Notes under the pieces: model-generated | What the model was told of the DNA's origin: nothing | The model's database searches: none | What the model saw: the letters and a program-made list of their open reading frames with translations, nothing else | Translations under genes and position numbers: made by a program | Source: Octopus sinensis | Taxonomy: Eukaryota | Length of the DNA: 64,000 bases | Assembly (NCBI RefSeq): GCF_006345805.1 | Contig: NC_043006.1 | Span: 66,898,001-66,962,000, forward strand | Reading direction: 5' to 3' | In this document: positions 52,817 to 64,000 of the stretch, in pieces | How the letters are laid out: each line of letters starts with the position of its first letter | Position numbering within the stretch: position 1 is the stretch's first letter

Positions 52817-53283
52817 GCTATGTATATGTATGTATATACATATTCACACACACACACATGCAAACACACACACGCACACACACACATATATATATAATTT
52901 TCTTATTTCGTGACAAGCATGGTTGTATATATATATTATATATATATATATGATCTCGCTCTCTCTCTCTCTCTCTCCATATATATATATATATATATTA
53001 TATATATTATATATATATATATATATATATGATCTATATCCTTATCCTTATTTTGGAATATTTATATAGAGAGACTTTTTTCTCCCTTTCAGCTTCCTCT
53101 TCTTCAGCATTCTTTTAAATTAAGAAATTTTCTAATTTAAGAATTCTTGTTTAATTCTATTACGTCAACTCTTACACAACTAATTTCACCTCAGGTATTC
53201 CTCTAACCCGTACTCCTATAAATTTACACACCCTATATCTTTGACTCTTCGAGCCATAAGCATTCAATTTTTTTTCTACATTC

Positions 53284-53284
<1 letters not shown>

Positions 53285-53328
<44 letters not shown>

Positions 53329-53517
53329 TGACGACGACGACGACTGCTACTACTACTACTACTCTACTACTACTACTACAACAAAAACATTTTCTTCCCC
53401 TTCATGATCAGCATCATCTTCTTCTTAGTCTTCTTTATCATCATCATCTTTTTTCCTTTCTTCTTCATGTCCTTCTTCTTCTTCCTCCTCATCATCGTTA
53501 TCACCATCGTCATCATT

Positions 53518-53561
<44 letters not shown>

Positions 53562-53570
53562 TATCAGCAT
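53285..53570. repeat. (CTA)n and (TCA)n trinucleotide tracts
   Basis: Directly visible. Confidence 0.92.
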
Positions 53571-53855
53571 TTTTTCTTTCCCCCTTTCTCAGCCTGAAAT
53601 AGTTACCCTAGGTGAAGTACGACGAAACACTTTTCAACTTGCCCTCATTCAGCATCGTTTGAGGTTTGACAAGATCACAACATTGGAACTTTCTGCAATA
53701 TGTGATGTAACACTTTACAGACACACACTCACAGTCACAGACACACTCACACGCATGTATGTAAGTATATATATATTTAGATAAATATACATATCTCACA
53801 TCTCTTTCTCTCTCTATATATATATATACAATTATATATATATATATATATATAC

Positions 53856-53887
<32 letters not shown>

Positions 53888-54149
53888 GTATGTATATATA
53901 TATAGAGAGAGAAAGGGTTAAACGGAGGGAAACAGAAAGAGAGAGAGAGAGTTAGGTGGAGCGGAGGAAAGGGCTACTGGCACACCGATAGATCATGGGT
54001 TATGAATAATTGAAATATGCGCTTAAGCTCGAGGCCAAAATTCCCTCGTGTGCCTTATATTACGATGAGAGTAAATACACAAGACTGTAATTCTATATAA
54101 TATGTATTTCATTCACAGCCAATACGTAGAAAGACAATTACCATGCATG

Positions 54150-54214
<65 letters not shown>

Positions 54215-54666
54215 TATATATAGATATATATATATGTATGTATGTGTGTATGTATGTATGTATGTATGTATGTGATGGACTGATGGATGAGAAAGAACAT
54301 GCATGCGTGCAAATAAAGTGTATGGCATGCATCAAAGCGTAGGCCGTTTCTCATTCTTTAATGATTGTCATAAATATTCCAAGCATTCGTTATTGGTTTA
54401 CTCGCTGAGTGTGTTACGTTGACGTGGATACCCTCTAATGGTATCATCAGCGAGATATTAAATGATATTGGGTCGAGATACATAAATAGATAATGGGAGA
54501 TAGAGAGCTGTATGAGAGAGAGATGAATCGGTGTTGTTGATAGATATATAAATGCGTTATGTCTATGTGTTTCGTATGTGATTAAAGATCATGCTTTATG
54601 TTTGTTGATATGATTTAGATGGATAGTTTATTGTTTTATTACTTTTTGCTAATTAACAAAATATCG

Positions 54667-54915
54667 CAGCACTCCGTCGGTTACGGCGACGAGGGTTCCA
54701 GTTGATCCGACGGAACAGCATGCTCGTCAAATTAATGCGCAAGTGGCTGAGCACTCCGCAGACACGTGTGTCCTTAATGTAGTTCTTGGGGAGATTCAGC
54801 GTGACACAGAGTGTGACAAGGCGGGCCCTTCGAAATACAGTACAACAGAAACAGGATGAAAACGTGAGAGAGAGTTGTGGTGGAAAGAATACAGCAGGGT
54901 TCGCCATCATCCCCT
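54667..54915 (-). mobile_element. S3-body SINE with tail type b (5'-truncated)
   Basis: Body cctgctgtattctttccaccac as in 30483-30505, but the tail ends ...ggaaccctcgtcgccgtaaccgacggagtgc. Confidence 0.8.
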
Positions 54916-54968
54916 GTGTGTGTGTATATATGTATGTATGTGTATGTATGTATGTGTATGTATGTATG

Positions 54969-55043
<75 letters not shown>

Positions 55044-55101
55044 ATGGCTGCCCCCTCGTTATCGTGTATGGCCAAATATATATGTATATATATATATATT
55101 A

Positions 55102-55132
<31 letters not shown>

Positions 55133-55139
55133 ATATATA

Positions 55140-55179
<40 letters not shown>

Positions 55180-55187
<8 letters not shown>

Positions 55188-55335
55188 CAACGGGCTTCTT
55201 TCAGTTTCCGTCTATCAGATCGACTGGCAAGGCTTTGGACAGCCTGAGGCTATATAGTTACACAAGGTGTCACGCAGTGGAATTGAACCCAGGACCTTGC
55301 GGTTGGGAAGCAAGCTTCTTACCACACAGCCACGG
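55180..55335 (-). mobile_element. S2 SINE 5' half
   Basis: acgggcttctttcagtttccgtcta ... cttaccacacagccac. Confidence 0.75.
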
Positions 55336-55399
55336 TAAATAAAATCTTTAATGATGCTCATTATATGACCAGCACCACAACTACGGGGACTTTCATCTC

Positions 55400-55930
55400 A
55401 CATAACCACCATCCAGCTATGATGAACGCCACTACATGTAATACATGATACAATCATCGCCACAGCTATCATCGTCATTACCGTCACAATCACCACAAAC
55501 GACATCGTCACCATCATCATCAATATCACCACTACCATCAGCATCATTAAAAAATCATCTTCGTCGTCGTCGTCGTCATCATCATCACCATCGTCATTAT
55601 CATCATAGCCATCAATATCACCATCACCATCAACATTACTGCAAACATCATCATCATCATCAGCATCACCATAGCAATGATCATCACCACCACCGCAATC
55701 ATCAATACTGCAGGCATCATCATCTTCATCACAACTATCATTATCATCATCACAATTATCATCATCATCATCACCATCATTATCACAACAACCATCACCA
55801 TCACCGCGACTGACAATCTCCACCAGAACCAAAGTTACTATCACCACATACCAGCACAAACGCCATCACAGCCACCACCTCTACATACCACCATCACCCC
55901 CACCGCTACCTTACTCCACCAAGACCAGAA
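55400..55930. repeat. Degenerate (CAT)n tract
   Basis: Directly visible; yields the poly-H, poly-D and poly-M ORFs. Confidence 0.9.
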
Positions 55931-56739
55931 CCACAACTTCCCCGTGTCAATCCCTCCCCAAAATTCACCCCCGCTTACAATCAGTACTGTCGTTCTTAAC
56001 CAACCACAAACACGGGTGTTTTCACCGACTGAACAGCTACCTTCCGCTTCAACAAAACAAACACGGAACGCAGCCATTTTCGTCGCGTTTCTTCCATTGT
56101 GATATCGTTACGGTGTTTCTCTGTCCATAGACGTGACTTGTTTGCTAACAATCTATCGAGATTACAGACAATATCTAACTATTCTACAACAGACTGACAG
56201 GATATTTCTTCAGACACATCTTACTCACACGAGCCGCAGACAATTATAATTTTAGTTTTCCATTCAACATCGGCAAGACAAATAAACTCGGGGGAGGATA
56301 GAAATATGGAATGAATCGCCAATAAAAACATACATACACACATACATACATACATGCATACATATGTACGTACGTACGTAGTATGTATGTACGAATGTAC
56401 ATACATACGTACATACATACATACATACATACAACAAACATACATACATACTTACGTACGTACACACTTGCATACATACATACATACATACATACATACA
56501 TACATACATACATACATACATACATACATACATACATACATACATACATACGTACGTACGTACGTACGTACACACATACATACATGCATGCATACATAAT
56601 TAAACACAACCAGATCTAATACATACATACTGACATACAGAAAATGCATCCATTGTATCTACATACATAGAGAAACGCACGTATATAAATATATTTATTT
56701 ATTCAATTATATATAAATATATTTATATTTATATATATA

Positions 56740-56808
<69 letters not shown>

Positions 56809-56940
56809 CGTATGTATTTATATACATAAATACTCATATATGCATATCGACATACATGCTATACATAGAAACACATTTTTCTACATACAAACGATGTGTA
56901 CCTAAGTATGTAAATGTACGTACGTACGTATGTATGTATA

Positions 56941-57879
56941 CTGGTCTGATCAGTAAGTATCCGGACAGTTGCCATAGTAACGAAGCTAGAGCACACAGAG
57001 TGAAGCTGCTTGGCAGAGATTGACCGTGAACGCTGCTGTGCATGTGCGCCAATTTTAGCGTTCTAGCTAATTTTCGTTCTTTACAGCAGTGCTTGCAATG
57101 AAGGTGTGTAGCGTATGATCGTCACATTGAACATGATAGAGAAAGTTGAGTAGAGAATCTGCATCAAATTTTGCCAAAAGCATAGTGATACCTGCTCAGA
57201 GGCCTACGCAAATTTGCATATCGTGTATGGAGAGGAGTGTATGAGCGGCACACATGTATACGAGTGGTTCAGACGTTTTCAAGAGAATCTGCAGCAAATT
57301 TTGCCAAACGCTCTGCTATACCTGCTCAGAGGCCAACGCAGATTTTTAAAAAATTTTCATCGTCCTCGCCACAATCAAAGAGATTCTCAGCGATAATGGA
57401 CTGAGCTGAACTGTGACTAATCTGTACATCCTCCTATAACTCACAGATGCTGTTTCGACGATTTTCACGAACAGTTGCACGCACATCTGCCATGTATTTC
57501 TCTGTTCTGCTGGTTGTTGGTCTCGCAGGACGTTCGTCAACATCGACATTTTTTTCGGTCATCTTGGAAACGTCTGAACCACTCGTATACTTGTGTGCGG
57601 TTCATACACTCCTCTCCATACACGTTCTGCAACATTATGTAGGCCTCTGAGGAGCAGGTGTCGCCGTGACGACTTCCTCTGTCATGGTAAATGCGACGAT
57701 CACACACTACACACCTTCCTTCCAAGCACTTCTGTAAGCAGCGGAAGTTAGCTAGAACGTTAAAACTTAGGGCACATGCTCAACAGTGTTGAAGGTCAGC
57801 ATTTGTCGATTGGGTTGAATTTGCGTGCTTTAGCCTCGTTACTATGGCAACAGCCCAGGGACTTATTAATCACACCTCG
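56941..57879. mobile_element. Two mariner 5' halves in inverted orientation, bounded by TA
   Basis: Both strands encode VYGEECM..T.VYEWFRRFQ. Left end ta-ctggtctgatcagtaagt..gttgccatagtaacg mirrors right end cgttactatggcaac..cacacctcg-ta. Confidence 0.8.
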
Positions 57880-57880
57880 T

Positions 57881-58140
57881 AAACGTAAAACACCCTTTCT
57901 TCCCTTCCCTGAGCGTCTTTTAATACATTGTATGTACCACATCCTCGATTCGTTGTTTTTTTCCGTATTTTTTTAATCATTTTTTTGCGGATTGTTTCTG
58001 TCTGTGTTCCTTTCTGTGGAAGAGTATAGGGTCGAAACGTAAAAGAATTTTTCAATTCCCGAGTGTGAGAATAATACATCTGTTTGTTTTCTACACCACC
58101 TGTCTTCGTCCTTTGTTTTTTCGTGAATTCTCCTCCTACA
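57881..58140 (+). mobile_element. Family A repeat (partial tandem) with degenerate hammerhead-like motif at 58009-58046
   Basis: ttt CTGTGGA a gagt-atag-ggtc GAAAC GTA aaaga; aaacgtaaaa is also repeated at 57881. Confidence 0.55.
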
Positions 58141-58447
58141 TATATATATATATAACTTTACATTTAAAATTATAGGAGTGTAAAATTGAATATTAATTTG
58201 ATTAATATCAATATAAAACCAGTGGTCTAGCATATAAAAACCTGAAGATTCAGAAAAATTATACTACATACGTATAAGAGGGACGACTACTATGTGGAAT
58301 CCATTATGCTAGAAGTAGATCTGCTATGGTCTTACCTCTAAGAAAATAAATTTTGAGAACATTACTTTCTTAGTGGTAAGAACATAGCGGATCTACTTGT
58401 AGCATAGTGGATGTCCACGTAGTGGTAATCACTTTCATATATATGTA

Positions 58448-58483
<36 letters not shown>

Positions 58484-58710
58484 GTGTGTGTGTGTGTGTG
58501 TACGTGTGCGTGTGTGTGTGTGTGTACGTGTGCGTGTGTGTGTGTGTGTGCGTGTGCCCGTGTGTCTTTAAAAATACACACACTTACACTCGCACATTTA
58601 TGTACACATAGATGCGTGTATGTTCCTACACATTAATATGAGAATATGAGCATCATAAAAGGCTAGCGTGATATGTTAGGGAAAGTGGATATGTATGCAC
58701 ATCTGTATCA

Positions 58711-59314
58711 GGACAATTACCCCCATAGGACAATTCCCACTGTCAACAAATACCCACAAGAACAATTACTACCCTCTAGTTAATTATCCGCTCTCCAATA
58801 TATTGAGAAGTTGTAAATCATCATTTGTTCTCCTCTGGGGTAATTGTCCAACGAAGATTATTGTCCATGGAGGATTATTGTCCATGGGAGATTATTGTCT
58901 ATGGAGGATTATTGTCCATGGAGGATTATCATCCATGGGAGACTATTGTTCATAGGGGATTATTGTCCATAGAGGATTATTGTCAATGGAGGATTATCGT
59001 CTATGGGAGATAATTGTCCATGGGGGATTATTGTCCATGAAGGGTTATTGTCCATGGAAGATTATTGTCCATGGAGGAATATCTTCCATGGATGGGAGAT
59101 TATCGTCCATGGAACATTATTTTAATGGAGGATTATTGTCCATGGGAGATTATTGTCCACGGGGATTATTGTCCATGGAGGATTATTGTCTATGGAAGAT
59201 TATCGACCATGGGAGATTATTTTCCATGGGGGTTATTGTCCTGTGAGGATTATTGCCCATGGAGGATTATTGCCCATGGAGGATAATCGTCCATGGGAGA
59301 TTATTGTCCATGGG
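58711..59314. repeat. 17-bp minisatellite array with an inverted left arm
   Basis: About 27 copies of attattgtccatggagg / attattgtccatgggag at 58857-59314; ggacaattacccc (58711-58723) is exactly inverted at 58837-58849. Confidence 0.92.
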
Positions 59315-59447
59315 TGTAAATATAGATATAATACATGTACTACCTTTCACACGTGCTCGCGCATAAACTTGTACACACATACATATACACGTACATAGAC
59401 ACAAGCAGACACATACATACATACACACACGCGCACACACATACAGA

Positions 59448-59768
59448 CAGCACTCCGTCGGTTTCGACGATGAGGGTTCCAGTTGATCAGATCAACGGAA
59501 CAACCAGCTTGTGTAATTAAATTTCAAGTGGATGAGTACCCCACAGACACGCGCATCCTTAACGAAGACTTTCAGAGAGATTCAGCTTCATACAGAATGT
59601 GACAAGGCTGACCCTTTTGAATTACAAGTACAGTTCATTTTTACCAGCTGAGTATCCTGGAGCAACGTGAAATAAAGAGTCTTGCTCAAGGACACAAAGT
59701 GCGGCCGGGAATCGTACTCGCGATCTTAAGATCTTGAGCCAAATGTTTTAACCACGCGCTTTAACCAC
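59448..59768 (-). mobile_element. SINE with S4-type core and tail type b
   Basis: Core cttgagcaagactctttatttcacgttgctccag; tail as at 54667. Confidence 0.75.
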
Positions 59769-59944
59769 CACACATACACACGCGTACACACACGCACGCG
59801 CGCACGTGCTCACACACTCTCATATACATACGCATACAGTGTTTTAAAATCTCTGAGTCGGGAAAGAAAGCAATGTTTATGTTATAACCTGATGTAAGGC
59901 CCCCCGAAACGAAAGAAAGGGAGGTGTTAGATATAGAGATAGAA

Positions 59945-60346
59945 AAAAACTTCTCCTCCGAGAGGAAGTCTGAGCAAGGTTGCTTTTATGGGAGACCAGA
60001 AGTCGCCTTTGCATACCAACCTCAACTCACCATGTCACTGATGATGTACAAGGAAAAGATAAAGAGCGATACAGCTTGGCACCAGGGACATCGCAATTCA
60101 TCTTTACACAGCCGTATCTCCATTCGTTTACTTCTGTTCATAACTTCTATTCATAACTATAAAATTATATAAAGAAAATATAGAATATTACCCGTTTCGA
60201 TGATGAATCTTATCTTATCATTGTGTGTTTGATGAGAAATAAAATGGCTTGCTGAAGAACACAAAACACAGCCCGGTCCGGGAATCGAATTCACTACCTC
60301 ATATTTGTGAGCCCAACGCTCTAGGCATTGAAATATGTGCCTTCAC
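59945..60346 (-). mobile_element. S4 SINE, broken (head 60230-60346, tail 59945-60115)
   Basis: Head gtgaaggcac...gaattcgattcccggaccgggctg; tail ggtgccaagctgtatcg...aaaagcaaccttgc. Confidence 0.55.
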
Positions 60347-61079
60347 ACACATAACATATATCTATGTATATGCATGCTTATAGATAAATATATTTGAAAC
60401 GCATAGAAATTGAAAACGGGTCTCAGCAAAAGAGAAGAGTTTAATAGTTGCAAATTTATTGATAGCGGTTGCAATAACTCTTTGGTTCCGTAACTCATTC
60501 AAGCATATTAGTTACCACTTGTTTATAACAAGAAAAAAAGAAAAACAAAACTTTATTCACCAACAAAATACTACTCCTGTAAAGCTTCTCTTTATCAATT
60601 TGATGTTAAAATTGGTCAATATAATCCAGAATCCAAGAAAATTAGCCAATGTCAAATACGAAATATTGATAAACTATATTTCACGTAAGAATTGCAAATT
60701 ATAACCTTTCGTTAGTTTGGCCCCTTAATCTGAGAGCGAAGCAATTATGAGTAAAACAGAATTTGTGGAACTAATTCAGCGGAATTGGGGAAAACTAGAG
60801 AGAAAATGTCATTAGCTGCTCGCAGTACTGCATTCTTCATCCAACCACAGAAAAATAGATATTTTTCAAGGCTTGGGATGAATTATTGTGGGATTGGAAG
60901 GTCAATTGATACAATGGATCAAGGACCTCAGCTTTTGCGTTATGATGACAGGGTGAAATATTGCGCATCGGGGACAGGGAAGTGAAATATTACTAATGGT
61001 TTATGAGTAGAGGTAGAGAGTGGCTGAGGGTGGGGCTACGAACGAATATATATTCTTTTATTCTTTTATTCGTATACAT

Positions 61080-61290
61080 GTTTTAGTTATTTAACCGCGG
61101 CCATGCTGGACCACCGCCTTAAAGGGGTTTGTTTTCGATGGAAGAAATCGACAGCCAAAACTTATTCTTTGTAAGACTAGTACTTATTCTATCGGCGTCA
61201 TTTGCTGAACCGCTATGTTACAGGACGTTAACACATCAACATCGCTTGTCAAGCGATTGTGGGACAAACATAGACAGAAAAACACCTACA
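61080..61290 (-). mobile_element. S2 SINE 3' half
   Basis: gcggccatgctggaccaccgcc ... acttattctatcgg ... cgcttgtcaagcga. Confidence 0.75.
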
Positions 61291-61310
61291 CACAAAACAT
61301 ATATATGTGT

Positions 61311-61385
<75 letters not shown>

Positions 61386-61419
61386 TACACACACAATATA
61401 TATAGGGCAAAGTAAGCAC

Positions 61420-61578
61420 GTAAATGTAAAGCAAGGTGGGGAAAATAGTACTCGAATACCGGAGGTAGAGTAAAATGCTATATCATTAGTCTAAACTGTT
61501 CGACGAACGTGAAACTCTGAATAGCAGTTTCTTGTGATATTTTCCCGACGTTTTTGCAGCTTTGATAATAATAAAGTG

Positions 61579-61653
<75 letters not shown>

Positions 61654-61750
61654 AAAAATAAGGATAAAATCTTTATAAGAAATTATCAGTAGTTAGCGTG
61701 AAAAACCTCGTAAGAGAAAAAATCTGTAAATTTTTTCAACTTTGAAAATA
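61420..61750 (+). mobile_element. Family C repeat with degenerate hammerhead-like motif at 61493-61530
   Basis: gaaaatagtactcgaatacc is shared with about 63270. Motif aaactgt TCGACGA acgt GAAAC tctga ATA gcagttt, with stem II collapsed. Confidence 0.5.
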
Positions 61751-61763
61751 CTTATTTATATTA

Positions 61764-62276
61764 TACTAGCAGTATCGCCCGGCGTTGCTCGGGTTTGTAA
61801 GGGAAATAACTATATAAGCATTTTTAGAGAGTTACTTCCCTTATAGATGCCAATTCGGCTTTCTTAGCCATTCTGTTTTGGTGCCTTGAAGCCATGAAGT
61901 CGTTGTTCTAAAAGAACGCTGGTCTCCTTGACAACGCTTTACGACGTTGATTTCCTTACACTCCCTTCCCCACAGCTTCACGTGGGAGGAAGAAGGGGGA
62001 GAAGCAAACAGGTGCAGGTGTGACCATGGACGCCAACTCCGCCGCCATCGACACACGAAAACTTATGCATTAAAATGGAATAAAAAATGATGTTAAATTA
62101 TTTTTAAAATCGTAGACTCATCGTAAACGCGCGCTAATACTCAGACGGGCTCGATATGAATCACGACTATAAGATACCCGAATTTGGTTAAACTGCACCG
62201 CAAAATGTGGGAGTAGTTAGGAATCTAAATCGAAGGGGACAGACACTCACACAACTACAGTTTTATATATATAGAT
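61764..62276 (+). mobile_element. Helentron-associated (HINE/DINE-1-like) non-autonomous rolling-circle element
   Basis: 5' tactagcagtatcgcccggcgttgctcggg and 3' ttttatatatatagat, both typical HINE-type termini; no TSD seen. Confidence 0.65.
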
Positions 62277-62289
62277 AGAGGGTACTATT

Positions 62290-62712
62290 ATTCATAGGTA
62301 CCGCACGCTAGGAGGGACTTTTGCAGTCAAAACTACTAAAATAAACAAATTGTTCCGAATGCAAAACTTCAAAGCGAGTCATTTAAAAACAGAATTTAGT
62401 TACATATCACCTGTGATTTCGCAATCAATGCAGAATATGCATTCTATGCTCTTCAGTGCAAAGAACTCAAGACATATAAGAAAAAACACAACATCACATA
62501 CCCGACAACCAACCGTAGAATTCGCCGCAGCATGTACGAATGTTTATCTTTACATATCTATGAAAGTGGCGGGCTTTTTCGCAATGCATTTCGGTAACAA
62601 CTTGCCTACTCGGAACAAAAATTCAGTATTGAACTATTCCGGTGAAAAATATAAATTTAAAAATAAGGATAAAATCTTTATAAGAAATTGTCAGTAGTTA
62701 GCGTGAAAAACC
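62290..62712 (+). mobile_element. Penelope-like relic with a strongly decayed GIY-YIG-like C-terminus
   Basis: Frame ITCDFAINAEYAFYALQCKELKTY...QLAYSEQKFSIELFR*; homologous to 28870-29000. Confidence 0.45.
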
Positions 62713-63208
62713 TCGAAGGTTTATAATGGATGCAGATTGTGTGTCAAATAGCTAGCTTGAGGCGATGGCCTCTTGGAGCTCTTCAGCGACAGCTTTAGTC
62801 TTATATTTATAAGACTGCCATATTCGTATGGCGATAACTATTAATTTCCAGTAACGCTGCTGTAATCTCCCTTTAGAGAGACTTAGTAATTTTAATATTT
62901 CTATTATTGAAAACAAGTGGATGTATTCCACTGAAACTAGGTAAATAGATACTTCGAACAGGGACAGTCAGTAGCGACACCTGCTGGGTCTGACTACGCT
63001 GCATTGATAAAGCGCAAATATCCTGAAACATGTCAGCAGCTGTCTGACTGGCAGGATGAAGAGGCTGACCTCCCCTGTTCGAAGGTTTATAATGACGCAG
63101 GTTGTGTGTCAAATAGCTAGCTTGAGGCGATGGCCTCTTGGAGCTAATCAGCGACAGCTTTAGTCTTATATTTATAAGACTGCCATATTAGTATGGCGAT
63201 AACTATTA

Positions 63209-63210
<2 letters not shown>
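62713..63210. repeat. 132/133-bp direct repeats at a 366-bp period
   Basis: 62713-62845 versus 63079-63210, with only a few differences. Confidence 0.93.
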
Positions 63211-63239
<29 letters not shown>

Positions 63240-63308
63240 CATGTGAGCACCTCAGTGCAAAACAAGGGGGAAATAGTACTCGAATACCAAAGCTAGAGTA
63301 ATATTGTG

Positions 63309-63348
63309 ACTGTCTGACGAACAGGAACGCGAAACACTAAGCAACAGT
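63309..63348 (+). ncRNA. Hammerhead-like motif (family C) with a canonical CUGACGA core
   Basis: actgt CTGACGA aca-ggaa-cgc GAAAC actaa GCA acagt. Stem I is perfect; U16.1 and stem II are mutated. Confidence 0.5.
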
Positions 63349-63445
63349 TCTTATCTACATAAAATGTATGAATATACCTATGTGTATATATATTTGCGTA
63401 TGTGTGTATACATAGTTACATATATATGTGTGTGTGTTTAATTGT

Positions 63446-63484
<39 letters not shown>

Positions 63485-63794
63485 CAGCTGTGTACATACA
63501 CACCTACACTTAAATACATTTATTTATGCATACGTTACACTAATATATACACAATGTATATACCTGTAACATATGTAGCTGTCATTTGCTTCAGGCATTT
63601 GGCATGAGTGCCGCACGTTTATATATTTGGTGTCATTTATCAGCCTCGCTTCGATTTTTTAAATAGAAAAATATTTTAGACATTTGTCTAGCTTTGTGAA
63701 ATGATGCATATTTATATGATATGCATAACATTGTAAGTTTGTGCAACGCATTACTTCGCTTCATATTTACAAACATCCATGCAATCACCGTTTT

Positions 63795-63869
<75 letters not shown>

Positions 63870-64000
63870 GCATATTAAATACATACATATATACACACAC
63901 ACATATATATATACATATATATACACACACACATATATATACATATATATAAATGTATATATATATGCATATATATGTATGTATATATGTATTATATATA

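Noticed and set aside
53571-53710. Strong polypyrimidine acceptor followed by an open frame ([11 protein letters not shown]...)
   Set aside because: The pyrimidine tract is the tail of a low-complexity repeat, the donor sites are weak, and the peptide is unrecognised.
58825-59398. Repetitive ORFs (GGLLSMEDYCPWEIIVH) and a CRISPR-like periodic look
   Set aside because: A 17-bp tandem unit with no unique spacers; the period is not a multiple of 3, so the peptide simply cycles through frames.

Overview
This is a repeat-saturated eukaryotic window with no confidently identifiable host-gene exon; it is probably intergenic or lies inside a very large intron. The SINE families and the load of (TA)n, (CATA)n, (GATA)n and (CA)n microsatellites point to an octopus genome. 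That assignment is inference from remembered repeat sequences, not a database search. Recognisable content: many tRNA-headed SINEs of several head/tail combinations; a decayed CR1-type LINE with two extra 3' ends; an R4/Dong-type restriction-endonuclease LINE; five Tc1/mariner relics; Helentron/HINE-like elements; three Penelope-like element (PLE) GIY-YIG relics; several long palindromes; and local duplications. Almost all ORFs in the supplied track are microsatellite artefacts. The most notable signal is a set of at least four unrelated short repeat families, mostly embedded in (TA)n tracts, that fold by eye into minimal type I hammerhead ribozymes with non-standard catalytic cores: a G3:C8 swap, a family-wide CUGUUGA, a CAGAAGA core with a palindromic stem III, and a (C/U)(C/U)GAYGA family with a GNRA stem II. 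A fifth family may form a non-circularly permuted hammerhead. All structures were read manually; activity is untested, and element boundaries are approximate unless a TSD or TIR is given.
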